Program-made: the position numbers and the translations under genes
Notes under the pieces: model-generated
Told to the model about the DNA's origin: nothing
Database searches by the model: none
Seen by the model: the letters and a program-made list of their open reading frames with translations, nothing else
Assembly: GCA_905178155.1 (NCBI GenBank)
Contig: CAJINV010000002.1
Coordinates: 9,435,412-9,499,411, forward strand
DNA: 64,000 bases
Direction: 5' to 3'
Origin: Amoebophrya sp. A120
Lineage: Eukaryota; Protista; Dinoflagellata
In this document: positions 14,368 to 27,800 of the stretch, in pieces
How positions within the stretch are numbered: the stretch's first letter is position 1
Layout of the letters: each line of letters opens with the position of its first letter

Positions 14368-15352
14368 TCTGGTTGTTGGAGGCTTCTCGTGGTCCTCTTG
14401 TACTACCGGACTAGAAGTTGATTACTACGTCAAAGTGAAAATTTATTTTCAAAGCTGCCTCAGCTTTTCAACAATGGTTGCTCGAGAATACGTCGTCGCT
14501 GGCGGTCTCAAACTGACACTGAGTTGAAGCCGCACACATGAGGACACGACAAAAACCCTTTGAGGGCACCATGAATCTTTGAATTTATCGCTCGATCTTC
14601 TAAGACATGCCGTCGGTCCTCGTTCGCCCAGCAACATTTTCTTCACTAGATTTCCAACCCTGCACGTGCTCTGCTAGCACTACAGCACAAGAAAACATGT
14701 TTTGGCCCCCTGGCTGGTCCTCTCCATCGGTTTTTCATTGCTTCGTCACTTCTACCACTACCACTTCTATTCGTTCCCCCTTTTCACAGCGTCGCACTCT
14801 GCATCTGCTGTGGTAGAAGACATGGATGCAGGTACTTTATGAATCTTGGTAGTGGTTTCACCTACCACGACTATTGGAGCGAGCTGCAAGAGCGGGGCTG
14901 CGACAAAATGCCACGATTTGATCGGCATCAAACAGCAGCAGAACATTGAAAGTCCGGAAGCACAGAACAGACAACGCCGGCGCTGCGACTCTCTAGCTTG
15001 CCGCTTCTAGGACGAGAAGGTTGGCGCTACAGATTGAACAATGAACCACTACTTGATGTCCTCGTAGTTTTGACCACCTGTGCAGCACACAAGGCCAGGG
15101 CTTGCCTCTACCGCCTGAAATTGTTGAGAGGAAAGGTATCTCCTAACGCTGCCAGGGCAAAAAAGATCCAAGTAGTGGAAGACAAAGAGCAAGAACCTCC
15201 GTGGTTGTGCTGTATTAGTGCTCGGGACCGGGAGGAGGAGGACACGACTACTTAGCATAACATTCCACGGTGTTTGACATATGTCGTTGACTTTCGTTAG
15301 ATGTAGTGGGAAATATTAGTTCTCCACACGACCACATTCTTCTACGTCCGGG

Positions 15353-17842
15353 TCAAACAACCCGCCTAGCAGCACCTGTGGGTTTATTCAAAAAATGCCG
15401 CAGGTAGGTGCGCGCCCGCCGTGCGGCTCCCAGAATGCTCTCCTCCTGGATTTGAAATCGGTCAGGGAGCCCGCCAGACGTCTCGATATTACTTGTCTGC
15501 ACCAGTGGTCCGGTGCCAGAGGTCCTCGTTGCATGCTGTTCTCCACTTCTCGTGTAGTAGCGGGCTAGGACTCTATCCAGGAGGTCCAGTTGCCGTGGCG
15601 GTGCCGGTTTCAGAAGGTCGTTGTGCAGGCAGAGCAGACCAGCACAGCTCCCAGGGTCGTGCGTGTGAAGCCCAAGGTGGCCAGCCACTTGTGATCCCCC
15701 GGGAAGCGGCGGGGGGTCGTAAAAGACCCGCTCGTCATCGTACACACGAGTTCGGTCGCTGCCGCCGGTCTATCAACATATAAAGCGCCCTCACTTTTCC
15801 AATGCGCCAGCGTCTGTGTTCTTCATTGTGCGACTTCTGTACCGACAGACCTGACGCCGTGCAGCAACATGCCTTATCAGCAACGTCGCAACAGGCCTTC
15901 GCCGCACAATAAAATGCGAGGCTCTACAAACCACTTGCGTAATTTTTTTTATTATCTATGCGTCGCATCATCACGTCAAGCAAGACATCAAAACATCTCG
16001 TCCATGTTGTACGTAACCTTTTATTTGCAAGACAAACATCTCGGAAATGGTTCGGGCAACTCTCACCGCTTGGGTACGACCAGCAAACAGTTCTCTAGGC
16101 TGTCCGTGCCCTATCAAAAGGAAAAATCCCCCCTCAGCATATCATGATGCTGATTTGTGGTCACAAATCATCTTTGTCTTGCCTATAGCGCTAGGAGCCA
16201 TGTGGCGCATTCCAAAGCCAATCTGTCATGCGCTTTCGGCTACTGCAAACCTGTTTTCCATGCGTAGTTGCTAGCCTTCTGCATACCCAAACAGGCTCAG
16301 AAATTGCCGCCAAGCACTTTCTGCAAGACCTGATTTGTGTACTCAAATCCAGCATCCGAAACTTCGTTTTGATATGGGGTGGGGGGATATTTCCTCGCAA
16401 TATGCCCAGCAGCCAACCCAGGTGGTACACCGCAATCAGCGACAACGAGAGCCCGCGCACCGTGCGCTTTTCGTAAGGAAGCGAAGCCAAAAGATCCACG
16501 ACGTCCCGGACTAGCTCGATTGCCTGCTCGCCGAAGGTAGGCACCCGGGAAAGCCTATGCAAAACAAACGCAAACCCAAACCCATGCATGACGAGGAGCG
16601 CATGTGAATTAAACAATGTCGTGATGCACGTCGGACGTTCTCGATGGTGATAGTACCAAAAGCAAATTATGTATGAGTTGTTGGCACCAGACGAAACGCA
16701 GATTGTACGTCCGTGCAGACTTGACACATCATGGTATAAACACAGTTGACACAGGACCGCGTCGTATGGAAATGCAAGAGAAGATGAAGAGACACTACAA
16801 ATTATGCCAGATTAAAGTCGCGCAACTGCATGGCATGGACTGCCTCTTTTTATTTCTCCTGGATAAAGCAGCTCCAGTAGCTCTGCCAGCTGCTCGAATC
16901 GTGCCTGTACTTATCCCACGTAAAAACATCCCCACCAGACTGAACGTCTTCCCGTGAAGGGAAATCGAAACGACCATCCCTGAATGCATACATTGGATAA
17001 TGAAGTTACATGTAGTAGGGTACAAAAAATGCATTCAAGGCCGTAATTCTTGTGCCAATCATGCGGCTCCGAAGATTGATGTGACTCGAACAACCGAGGA
17101 CGCCTGTGCAACGACCATGACTTGACACGAGAGGAAACTGGCGGAATCTATCGTGTTTGATGCATTGACAGAGCCTACCGTCGGACTAAGTACGCAGTTA
17201 CAGGGTGGGGACGCTACTTTCCGAGAGGATAGCAGCTGCAGAGACTTCAGCTGCGCACGGAACCGAGGCGCTAGTTTTTTGTGAAACAGCATCCTGTGTA
17301 AAAGCTTCCCAGCCGCATAATGATAATCAAGCTGATAGAGACTTGCTACAAAAATAAATCAAGCGGTCCTGGTAGCCCCGCGCCGCTCGCAATCGCAATG
17401 CACCATTGGGCCGCTGGTGCTTCGCTCGTCTAGCCACATCATAAATCGACCACCTCATGATACTCTCCTATCCAGGTCTATCAGAGCATCCTCGCACACT
17501 TCGTCGAAATGTGCGAGGATGCATCTGCACGAAAATCTTCCACCAAGTGGCACTGCCCAGGAGGTGCAGTAAACTATCGCTATCCACGTAGACTTCTTCG
17601 CTGCCAAGAATTTTTGGGCCAGGTCGGTGGTATTTTTCACACAGGATAAACAGTAGTGTGTCGAACTTCCGCGCCTCCAGCTGCTGCAGGGTGCGTAGCA
17701 AGCGTAGCATGTCCGGAAACGGTAGTTGCCCGAGTCCGTGCGTTGTCAGGTGTGCGGTAACCTTGTCCAGCGCCGCGGCCACCGACATCTTTGCTTGACG
17801 ATCTTGATGTTTTTCGTCTTCTTTGGCATGCTGCTCCGACAA
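15353..17842 (-). CDS. Multi-exon helical-repeat-like hypothetical protein interrupted by three introner-like inserts
   Basis: Removing the inserts gives LHRMLFHKKLAPRFRAQLKSLQLQARFEQLAELLELLSRVPTFGEQAIELVRDVVDLLASLPYEK...GWLLGTDSLENCLL. Gene ends are uncertain. Confidence 0.45.
16112..16402. mobile_element. Introner family B (291 bp)
   Basis: TIR TATCAAAAGGAAAAATCCCCCCTC / TATTGCGAGGAAATATCCCCCCAC. Perfect 5-bp DR TGCCC. Internally homologous to 37421-37741 and 43740-44061. Confidence 0.9.
16556..16865. mobile_element. Degenerate TAT...ATA introner-like insert (310 bp)
   Basis: TAT/ATA ends, DR AAGCC/AAGCA, decayed TIR. Removing element+5 nt gives in-frame LELL|SRVP. Confidence 0.6.
16912..17231. 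mobile_element. Degenerate family-C-like introner (320 bp)
   Basis: Left end TATCCCACGTAAAAACATCCCCACCAGA resembles the family C TIR; right end ...GAGAGGATA. Element+5 nt removal is in frame, but the DR is poor. Confidence 0.5.
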
Positions 17843-18119
17843 TGGAAGAGCAGCTTCTCCGACGTATCGTGAGGCAAAATTTTCTCGCGCCCCACCCGCT
17901 AATATTTGTCTAGAACATTCTGCACCGAGCCCGCCGCTAGTTCTTTCCCCAGCCTATGCACTACAAATCATTTTTCCAGGTCTGGACACGAAGTCGATGA
18001 AATTATGTTCACACGAAAATATCTAACGCCTGAGGAAACGTGTGAATAACGAGCCGCAAGAAGAAAAGGTCAAATTACTAAAAGTGCATATTGATCTGCT
18101 GGCATGCAGTGCGAACTTC

Positions 18120-18590
18120 TTAGTATTTTGTGAAAGGGACAGGGTCCGTAAGTATGACAAATGTCAGCAATTCTCCGCACCCAGGATAATTTTTTGCAGT
18201 TAGTACGGCATCCGGCGGCGTAACATGTTTGGCTGCACCTTGCAGCTTCTGCTTCTTCGCTTGCGCGTGCGAGTCACCCGCCGCCGCACCGCCGAAAGCC
18301 ACCAGGTTAGCTCGTTTGTTTTTGTACGGCCCTGGTGCGCCAGACTTCATCTCCTCGTCCGCTACTGGTGTCACTGGGCTTTTTTCGTTTTTCTTCCCGT
18401 TGGTGGGGTTCTTCCGTAATGTCCCCTCGTTCTCATTCGGCCTTTCGCGGCGCACAACTCCGAGGCTCCCGGCCTCTGGTTCGCCTTCGCCGTCACATCG
18501 CAGAAAATCCGCGCAGGAGGTCGACGGCGGCGCCGTCGGCCGATCGCACTCCGCGTCGAGTCGCTCTTCCAAAAAAGTTACCTTTCTCAT
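18120..18590 (-). CDS. Hypothetical protein exon (charged, disordered)
   Basis: 156-aa ORF with coding-like composition; no family recognised. Confidence 0.35.
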   Translation of the reverse strand: MRKVTFLEERLDAECDRPTAPPSTSCADFLRCDGEGEPEAGSLGVVRRERPNENEGTLRKNPTNGKKNEKSPVTPVADEEMKSGAPGPYKNKRANLVAFGGAAAGDSHAQAKKQKLQGAAKHVTPPDAVLTAKNYPGCGELLTFVILTDPVPFTKY

Positions 18591-19538
18591 GTCGAATGTG
18601 GTCGAGGCTTCGTTGGCTCAAATACTATGTGTAAAAATTCACCCGCCCCATAATTGTCAGTCAACATCAGAAGACCTCCTCTGCTACACATATAAAGTAG
18701 CCATGTAGCTTGTGCGCGACAGAGTTTTGCCCCGGTCGATCCGTTGTTGGATATCATGGCCGCATAATCATCCTGTACACAAAATAGAAAGATATGGAAG
18801 TGCTTCTTCGTCTCATGGGGAGTTGCATTCCACAATGACTTGCTGTTGATACACACGCCATGGGCATCCACATGGACATGACCGGGCTGCATTACAACTC
18901 TAGGATGAAGACGGGTACCATTTTCCACAGGATATCGAAAGTGGGCAGCGTAATGGCACGTGCGGGCGTGGGACTCCATATAAAATGCAAACCTGCCTCA
19001 GTCTGCTAGTATGAATATTATGCGTCAGATTTGTAGTCTTGCATGACTACCATAAGGTGTCCCCTGCTTCGTGTCAAGTTGGGAGGACGTTTTTCATAGA
19101 CCACCAGGATGGCCATTGCAATTACCTTGCAGAAAGTGTGATGCTACGTCATGCATTGCAGACCTCCTGGTCATGTGGCATAGACAAGCTGCAGGACAAT
19201 CTTCTGCAGTCTTCCAGAGCAAGCATATTTGCGTTTGATTTTGATACTCCAAGAGGCGTAGCAAATCGGGCACGGCGAATTCGTGCAATCGCGTCGCCGC
19301 TTCAGTAAGAATAACGGTTGCCACACTGTCGGGTTTATGCATAGGCAAATTTGTCAAGCATCTGGCCTGCATTGCGAATTTCAAATGGTACGGCATAGTA
19401 CGAAGCTTGCGCATTGCAGGTCAGTGTAGTTGTGTATGAAAACAAATGCAAAATGAAAATGCACCCGGGGCGGGGGCCCAATACAGATTATATCTATGAG
19501 AATATGTGACGCATGAAGCGAATGAGCGCCACATAGAT

Positions 19539-22335
19539 TCACGTGTAGGAACGCGATTTCTGACCCGAGTTGTTCCGCATCGTGTTTCTTCTTGTAGCGT
19601 TGACAGATATTTGCTGTTCATAGTGCTGGATGCGAAGCAGCGACAGACACTCCAGCGCGCGCGCGAGCTCCGGAGGCGACAGCTCGTGGCAGTCCTCGCT
19701 CAGAATGGCCACTATGGAGGCGGCACGTGGCACATCGTCAGAATCAGAAAAATTCAATTACATACAATTACAGCGAGCGCATGCCTTCAGAAGCTTATCA
19801 TCCATCGGGCAACCCTGCCTTCCATGCAACAATGGCACTGGAAATGGAGCACTTCAAGCACTGCAAATTCTTTCTTCCCTCCTGCCGATGTCCCACCTGA
19901 CACTTCCGTAGCCAAGATCTCGCAATTATGCAGCCTCAGAAATCCGCAACTACACGTCAGGGAAAGTCGAACAGCGAACGCGCGAGGCGAGCAAGCACTT
20001 TTATACCGGTTTTCGCTTTTCTCCAAGGCTTGCGTAGTTTTTCAGAGATTCTAGATCGCATGCAAGCCGTCCTGACGGCAGTTTCCTCCTTATCAACTTG
20101 TGATTTCCGGTCGTGTGTAGCTAAAAAAGCAGGGGTTGTAGTAATGACGAAGGCTCACGTCGTCGCAAGTACTCAACTCTAAAGGATGTATAAAGTTTGA
20201 GCTTTGTCATATGTTGGACATCGTACGAAGCGATCCTCATATCTGCATCTGTGCATAAGCAGTCCAACTCTAAACATCAATATCAAATGGCTGCCTGCCG
20301 CCGGCACGGTCACGCAATGAAATAACGAAGTTCATACCTAAGTCCGTCAATGATCAAGTAGGTCGTTCCTGCCCGACCTCACCCCCGGTGTTATTCAGCG
20401 GAAAGGCTTCGCGTGTCATACCGCCAGACCGTGTACCGGGCGGAAAGAGCAGGAGCATCGCACGAAAGATCGTCCGAATGGTAAGCATTTCTATCCGACA
20501 CCGTTGATGCTGTCGTCGAGGAATGTATGGACACCGTTGATGCTGTCGTAGAGGAATGTATTGTTTCTGCCCGGAAATCGCCTTCGGACGTTGAAACTCG
20601 CGGGGGAAACGGTGCACTGCCTAGTCCTGCTTGAAGAGTACTAGGTGCTGGTTGTTTTTGGCTTCGCCCCGGCACCACCAGCAGCCGGCTTCTCTGCAGC
20701 ACCACGTAAGCTTGCAAGACCGCGACGCCGTCCTTGGCACTCCACGCACCGAGCAAGCCTCGCCCCAGCAGCCAATGCTGCTCCAGTGTCTCAACCAACT
20801 CCACGTCCACGTAGCGCAACCGACTAAACGCGATCTATCCTGCGTGAAAACGTACCTCCCCCCGAGTTCTTCCCAGGCACACTTCTTTGCTTGCTCATTG
20901 AGCTAGAATTTCACGCGGATCCCATGTTGTTGATGCCAAGCATTTATTACGGGAATCAGCTGCCACATATTACATACCGCGTTTTTCTGATACGGGGTTT
21001 AAGAAGTAGAGGTTTTTACACAAGATACGATCAGCAATTTCTTCACAGCAGAAGCGGTAAGCGTAGCATCAGAACATCGATCGGCGGCGCTGCCCTGAAG
21101 CTCCAGTTGACATTTAATCGCGTGCGAGCAGGCCCGGAACAGTGTGAAGTCGCAAATCCCAATGAAGACAAAAAGCCCCATCAGTAATTTATTACCCTTT
21201 GCAGAAACGTGTGTCGCAGGAGCACCCGAGGAAAAACCTCTACCTCCTGCGATCGAATCTTGCCCATAATACATTTTTTGCTTTTCGCATGTTGACAGAC
21301 TTCTTCTAAAGCAATGCTGTATTATTGCAGGAATACAAAAGGGTACATACAGATGATCAATCTTTTTTCTCCGAATAATCTGCGCGGTTCGGGACGATGA
21401 TGTACCAAATGTATGGTCCTCTTCGGAAGCGAACCGCTCCGCAGTAGACCATGTGCTTGAAGATGCTGTGTGTATGCATTGCAAAAAGCCTCGGTCGAAA
21501 AGTCATGAATTTGTACTTCTCATTCGGGATCACGCAAAAATGTCTCTTGGATGAGAAGCAGAAGCTTCTCACTTTCCGGTACTTTCCTTTCCCAAAGAAG
21601 GCTCTATTAAACATGCGGGAGGACAGACATCACGGAAGAAATGTGAAAAAAAGCCTGCGGTGCTATGGTGGAATGCATTTGGTAACTAATATTCAAAAAC
21701 GGCATGACAAACTGTTACAGTATTCCAGACTTAGGTGCCAGCTATTTGCGGTCGGTAGCGTATGCCGGGGATGGTTTGTTTACCACCAACGCTTCCGCAG
21801 CCGCAAATGCCGCTAGCAGGTCGGCTATCTGCGTAACAGCCAGGGTGGGCAGCACCTGTGTCGTCTTGTCGGCCAAAGCGCGCCAGAAGTCCCAGTCCTC
21901 CACGCCCTCCCGCAGGGCCCGCTTTGCGTTACGCGCCAGGCTCTCCCCTAGGGACTGACTGCGGTTTGTTATTGTCCCTCGATTGGCATCACTAGCACTA
22001 GCATTCTCCGTCCTGCATGTTGCCTGTAGTGCAACGCTCGATGCGGCGCCGCTGAATGCCCTTCGGTGTTGCGCACAGGTCTCCCACGACACGGGACGAC
22101 CACTCCAGCGCCTGCTAAAAATCCCGTTCCCTGCCACAGAGGCTGTAGCGCCAAACCCAATGATCTTTATTCGGTTTCTTGCTGCGGAAACGGCATATCT
22201 ATACACCCCGGGAGGCTTCCGCAGTACGTCTGTCTTCATAGTGCGTGCCAGCGAAACGCATTCTGGCCGCTTTACACAGCAGGACCAACGCCGCGTAGCA
22301 GGAGCCGCGTAGTATGGAAATAGCTCCGGCCGCAT
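19539..22335 (-). CDS. Putative organellar helical-repeat RNA-binding protein (HPR/OPR/FASTK-like), multi-exon
   Basis: Arg-rich presequence-like N-terminus. Repeat-like segments DWDFWRALADKTTQVLPTLAVTQIADLLAAFA, LRYVDVELVETLEQH and ELSPPELARALECLSLLRI. Exon structure unresolved. Confidence 0.4.
20497..20561. repeat. 33-bp tandem duplication (2 copies)
   Basis: GACACCGTTGATGCTGTCGT(C/A)GAGGAATGTAT repeated directly. Confidence 0.85.
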
Positions 22336-23399
22336 GTCGAAGGCCAGCGCTGGCCCGGCAGAAGCAGTTGTCAGATATGCTGCATTTTCGTACCGACCCA
22401 GACCGCTATTAAGTTTCGCACTTCCTTCTCAGACGGGAAGTCCGTCAGTGTCACATACCAGTACTCAATAGAAAAGGTTGCCTACTTACAAGAACACGCC
22501 CACCGAAATTATTTGTGCTTGTCTTAAGATCATTGGTCAACAGTAATGCTCCATCAAGATCAACCACTACTTGCTCATTACAATGATGAACTGTGACCCT
22601 ATCACCTTCACGATCAAAAATACCCACTTGGTGAAATTGCGATCTCTTTTGCAGCTGTTGCTGTAGGAGCGAAATTCGAGGCGTAAATTAAAAGAGAAAC
22701 AGCACATCAACCCGCCATAAAAACAATAAAACTGGATCAACTCAACAAGGTGAATTTGGGGAACCCAGATCCTCATGAACTTCCAGTTCCAGCTTGCGTC
22801 CTCGGCACACAACTGATAGATGCAGCCCTCCAGTCACATCACCAGCATTGCTATCTTTCGATATACAAAAAAAGCGCTGCGGTGACCTTTTCCGCCACCG
22901 AGAACTCTCTTCGATGTCGGCTTCAAAAGTAAAGGCGGAAGTGCGAAGCCTTCTATCAAAATCAATTTCGCGAATATTATCAAGAGGAGAAAACTTCGCG
23001 CCTCTATGATCCGTACACGTGTGTGGATAAAACAGTCTTCTATTCCAGTACTTTGCGCCCATCGGGAATGTTCGTTACAGAGCAAGTCCGCTACTGCTCA
23101 TTGAAAATCCATCGTCGGCCTTCCTTCATCTTCTCTCGGAGCACTTGCGCTTTAATCATGCAGCTCTAGTAGTTTCTTAGTGCGATGCTGTAGCTCTACT
23201 TGACAATAAGAACAAATGCTTCAACGTTAGCTGCGCGCACGGGTGCCGATGGTTGTTACGTGAGTGCATGGCCCGATCAGAAAAAAAAAATCCATGGAAT
23301 AGCGAAACTGATGCGCATCCAGATGCTCTTCTATGTTACTAGGCTGGGCTACAGCCTACAACTTATGAGGATTACCTGGATCGTGGATGGGGTACAACA

Positions 23400-24820
23400 A
23401 GAAAAAAAATCGAAAACAAAAAATTCCCGCCGAGTCACAGATGTCCGAACGCAGCCCGTTTCCGCTGTGGTCGGACGCCAGTGCGTCGCTCGTTCACAGC
23501 CAAAAAAAATAAAAAAAGAAGAAAAAAAAAAGGACGAGGGCGAAAAAAAGCAAAAAGGAAAACCAAAACGCAAAAAAGCAAAAGGATAAAAAAAAAATAA
23601 AAGCGGGAAAAGGAGGCGAAGAAAAAAAAGGAAGAGACTAAGCAGAAAAGAAAGCAAGAAAAAAAAAGGCAAGCGCAAAATAACAATAAAAAAAAAGAAA
23701 AATGCGCGCGCGCCTCTGAAGGTGAGCGAAAAAACCCTCCGCGCCCTGTTAGGCAAGTCCTAACATGGGGTTGCTTCTGCAGTAGCGGGGATCACGCCTG
23801 CGCCCCCAGTGGCGTTTCACCGCCCGCTTCAGCAATGACCGGAGTTTGCCGCTGGCGTCACCTCTTGCCACTGATATTCAAGAACAAGCGCCAGCGCCTC
23901 CGCGTCCATGGCTCAAGTCCTAACCTCGGACCCAACCACCCGGCAGAGCCTTCGCCCCCGGCGGCTACCAGGTGCAGGCGTCGAGCTGGGTTACGAAACA
24001 ACCGGCCAGAGCCTGAGCACGACGCACTGGCGCCCCGCGGGTATGCGAAATTCCCCAAGCAGCGCCGTGCTTCACCACGAAAAGAAAAACGAAAAACGAA
24101 ACAGCTTGCAAATCGTTCACAAAAGGCGAAAGCGATGGGCCTTCTTGCTTTGGAGTGAAGCTGTTGCTGAATGGGAAGGGTGTCCGCACGGAAAAGTCCC
24201 CTTAAAGATGTAGCCCTGCTAGTACAGCACGCGCCCACTCTCACATGCGCGCACGGAAAAGCAGGCGGGCTGGAACTCGAACTACTATGAGAAGCGAGCT
24301 ACTGAACTTCTAAGACTAAGCGCTAATCGAAACTGAACTTCTAAAGCAAGTGGGATTAATGGACCACTAGAACGAGAAGCACTCGAAAAACAAAAAAGCC
24401 CAGAGACGGAAACCAAAAAAAAAAACAAAAAAAAAAAAGGACAGCAGAAAACTAAAAAAAGGAAAAAAAAACAAAAAAAAAAAGGCAAACAGAAACTGGA
24501 AAAAAAGAAAAAAAGCGCCGTTTTTCCCAGCGCGCAAGTAGAGCGGGTCAGTCTGCTGCAGCAAAAATAAATCCAAATATCACGAGGTAATGGAGACAGA
24601 ATCGCTTTAGTGAACGCATAATGATGCTGATGTAAGTACCTGCCCGCCAAAAACGCGACGCATTCCGCAGCAGAATGTAGACCCAGAGTCGGAGCACGCA
24701 GTCGAGGCGTTCTAGTGGCGTGTCCGCAGCTTCTGCCTTGCCTATCACAAAAGAAAAAATGGAAATGCTGACGAGGGGACAAAAAAAAGAGAAAAAAATA
24801 CATAATACGAAGGCAAATAA
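23400..24820. repeat. Low-complexity interrupted poly(A) tracts (about 23400-23703, 24385-24515, 24750-24820)
   Basis: Long A-runs broken by G/C, all on the + strand. The Phe-rich and Lys-rich ORFs here are artefacts of this composition. Confidence 0.7.
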
Positions 24821-24884
24821 GAACACGGCGTCTCGTCATGCCTTGGCTCACTATTCCTTTTCGCTCACGCAAGGCGTCGATGTA

Positions 24885-27800
24885 CTACTTACCCCCAGGA
24901 TTTCGCCGTAGCGGTTCGCTCCTCGGCCTTACACCGCCTGGCCCCGCCGCGCCCCGCCCCCCCCCCGCGATCGGGGCCCCGCCCGCCCCCTCCCCGCCGG
25001 GCCCCGCGACACCGGGCCCCGGTGTCTCGTTTTCAGAAGCGTCGCCACTTGGTGGAGGCTGGCGCACGAACTCACCCATGTATTCATCCAGAAAGTTCAT
25101 AGTGCCCTGGGAAAATTCAAGGGACTCTTGAATAGCAACGCGGAGTATGTTTCTCAAAAACTCCCAGTCCAGGTCCTGGTACGCTTCGCGCCTCTCGCTC
25201 TCATCAGCGAAAGCGTCTCCCGTGTCGTCAGCTTCCTTAAGCGCTTTGGCGAAGGTTTGGATCGTTTGGCGCTCCCGTGTTTTCGCGCTGGTTCCATATC
25301 GTTTGGCCAATTTCACACCGCGCGATTGGCTTTTTGAGTTTCGATATGGGATGTTCTTGTTCAAGTCTTCATCATCCCTACTTTCACCCGACATAGGGTA
25401 AAGGACATATCTACGATCTTCCATCTTCTCATACAGTATCATACAGAAACTATTCTCTGCCTCTCCAGCAATCGAACGCGTTCCCACTTCCTTGCGCTGC
25501 CGCTGCACTCCTGCCGTACATGCATAGTGCGGTGAAAAGAAATACAAGAAACGAAAGGAAGAAACTGAAATGATTTACTTAAATATGCATCAGCAAAACT
25601 GGTCGGCCCAGTCGCTTCTTCTATTAGCGAAAGATAAGACGTATGAATTCAGAGGCTCTTCTGTCTCATGGTGCATTATCGCTACGTGAGACCAAGTCTC
25701 GTGCGAGCAAAAAAAAACTTTACGTTGTAGTCGTTGGTTCACTCTAGGAGTTTGCGCCAAGCTAAACCAACCGAAACCGAGCAGTCAGTGGGGAGACACT
25801 GTCAGAAAAGAAGGCGTGATTCCATTTCATGCAAAAAGGCTGCCTCATGGGCGTCGGATATCGTTGCAGGACATGCGCACTGGTTCTCTTGACTGGAAGC
25901 ACGAGAATACTTTCAATGAGATAACTTCTAGACGCCTTCGGTCGGAACCGGATCGAAAAAAAAGCTTGGCGTCCTCCACTTTTAGCAAACGTAGCGGAGT
26001 GAACTCCCTAACGTATTTAGTCAACAGCAGGTCGAGACGGAGAATTTCGCTTTCAACATGGGCCGCGCGGTACTTCATGGCGTTCAAGGACTCCTCCTTG
26101 CCAGTCCTTTGTACCTCGAGGCGTCGTTCTCCCGAAGTCTCTTTTTTTGTAACAGGTGAGCCGTCTTGCGGCGCGGGGATTCTCCGCTCGATTTCGGAAG
26201 CATGCCGAAAAATCATTTGAGCTTCGGTCACAAACGCAGCGAGTCTCTCCTTTAACTCCGGGTCGAACTCAAATGCGACATACCGGACGGGCGGATTGTC
26301 CATCTTTTCGTCGTACTGGGAGTCATTATTTGAGTCCCCACGTAGAACGCGTGGCCAAGAGGAGGCGTGTCCCTTCATCCCCAAATACACGTACCCCCCG
26401 TTCAGATTGAGCTCCTTTGCTGCTTCCCACTGCAGGACCTGTTCAAACTGCTCCTTTTTCCCGTGTCTAGCAAACGAAGCCGCTTTGCTCAGAGGCGTCT
26501 TAGCCCGAACGATATTTCCTGCGTCGTATGACAGCGGCCCACTGCTGGGTTGCTTTACAAACCATGCGTATTCCTTCGGGGGTCCCACCGTTCCCAGAGG
26601 GGCCTTCGATGGCTCCGGGGGTGGTACTAGCTCTCCTTGGGGGCGGGCTCCGTTCTCATACAGCTCCCCGAGAAGACACTCAAGAGAACCTTCCTCCTCC
26701 GCATCGGCGAGCAGCGCAACGGCGACGCAGTTGTTGTCTTGGACGCAGTCTTTCAGGCAGCGCCCGGCAAAAGCTTCATTGCGTCTCTGCGTGCACTGCT
26801 CGCGCTCAGCAATGCTGCGGTCTTTATTACCGAGGCAGGTCCACTGAAACAAAGGCTCACTCTTGACGCTGTCCAGCAGTGTATTTCCTGCGTTTCCGTT
26901 TCTAAACTTCAGCTCTGGAGGTCTCTTATTTTCGCCTTGAAACAGCTTCGTGCCACTCTCCAAGCCAGACCCTGGAGAAACCGCCCTGGGATCTAATTTT
27001 TTGAACCCTTCGATGTACTGTTCGAGGTTTTTCTTCAACGTTTCCTGCTGCGTTTGGGACAATTTTCCATTTTGTCCTCGATTCTTTGCAATGTCTCCGA
27101 CGCAGTCTTTCGAATATCAAAGCAAAAAAGTGCACTTACCGTCGTAATTTTTTTGATTTTACAAGCGAATCTGCATCACATCAAATTTGTAGGTCGAGAT
27201 CGATCCATACGGCTGGTTTTCGTTTTAGCACGTGTAACACTCTGTGAGAATAGATATACCTTCCGGCGGATATGGATATTTTTGTCTTGCACTTGAATAC
27301 ATTTTCACAATGGATATTTTTGTCTTGCACTTGGATTGGTCTAGAATACATTTTCACAATGAAAGCACTTTTTTTCTTGGATATGGTCGTTTCTAATGTT
27401 TTTGAAATTTCAGTCAGGCTCTCTGCAATTTCAGTCGCGCACTTTAATACTATTATCAAAAGGAAAAGCCCCCACACACACTCTAAGCAAGATTTTTAAC
27501 GATGCTCGTTTCACTGCCACCAGATGTGGATTTTTCTTGCATGCCGGGAAAGGAGCCGCAGCCGCGAACTTTATTTTGCGAGCGATCTCCACTTCAAATT
27601 CGCCGAAAAAATATAAATATGCAATCCTGAGCAGCTACAATTAGAATGTTGGTAGGCCTTGGCCTATAAATTTGAATATAGTATATCGAGTTTTTGCTTT
27701 CCCCTACTGTGCATGACAAAGTAGCCGCCAAGCCGGCATTTCTAGTAGCATTCGCTTGAGGATGTGACGATAGGATTTTTCCTCATGATAATTTCCGCAG

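Noticed and set aside
17347-17648. Family-C-like end (...CACACAGGATA) suggesting another introner
   Set aside because: No convincing partner TIR or direct repeat could be located.
18120-18260. Resemblance of GCGELLTFVILT to the start of an RFC1 BRCT domain
   Set aside because: Too short and divergent, and no downstream BRCT or AAA+ sequence was found.
23200-24872. Phe-rich and Lys-rich ORFs
   Set aside because: They are translations of poly(A)/poly(T) low-complexity tracts.
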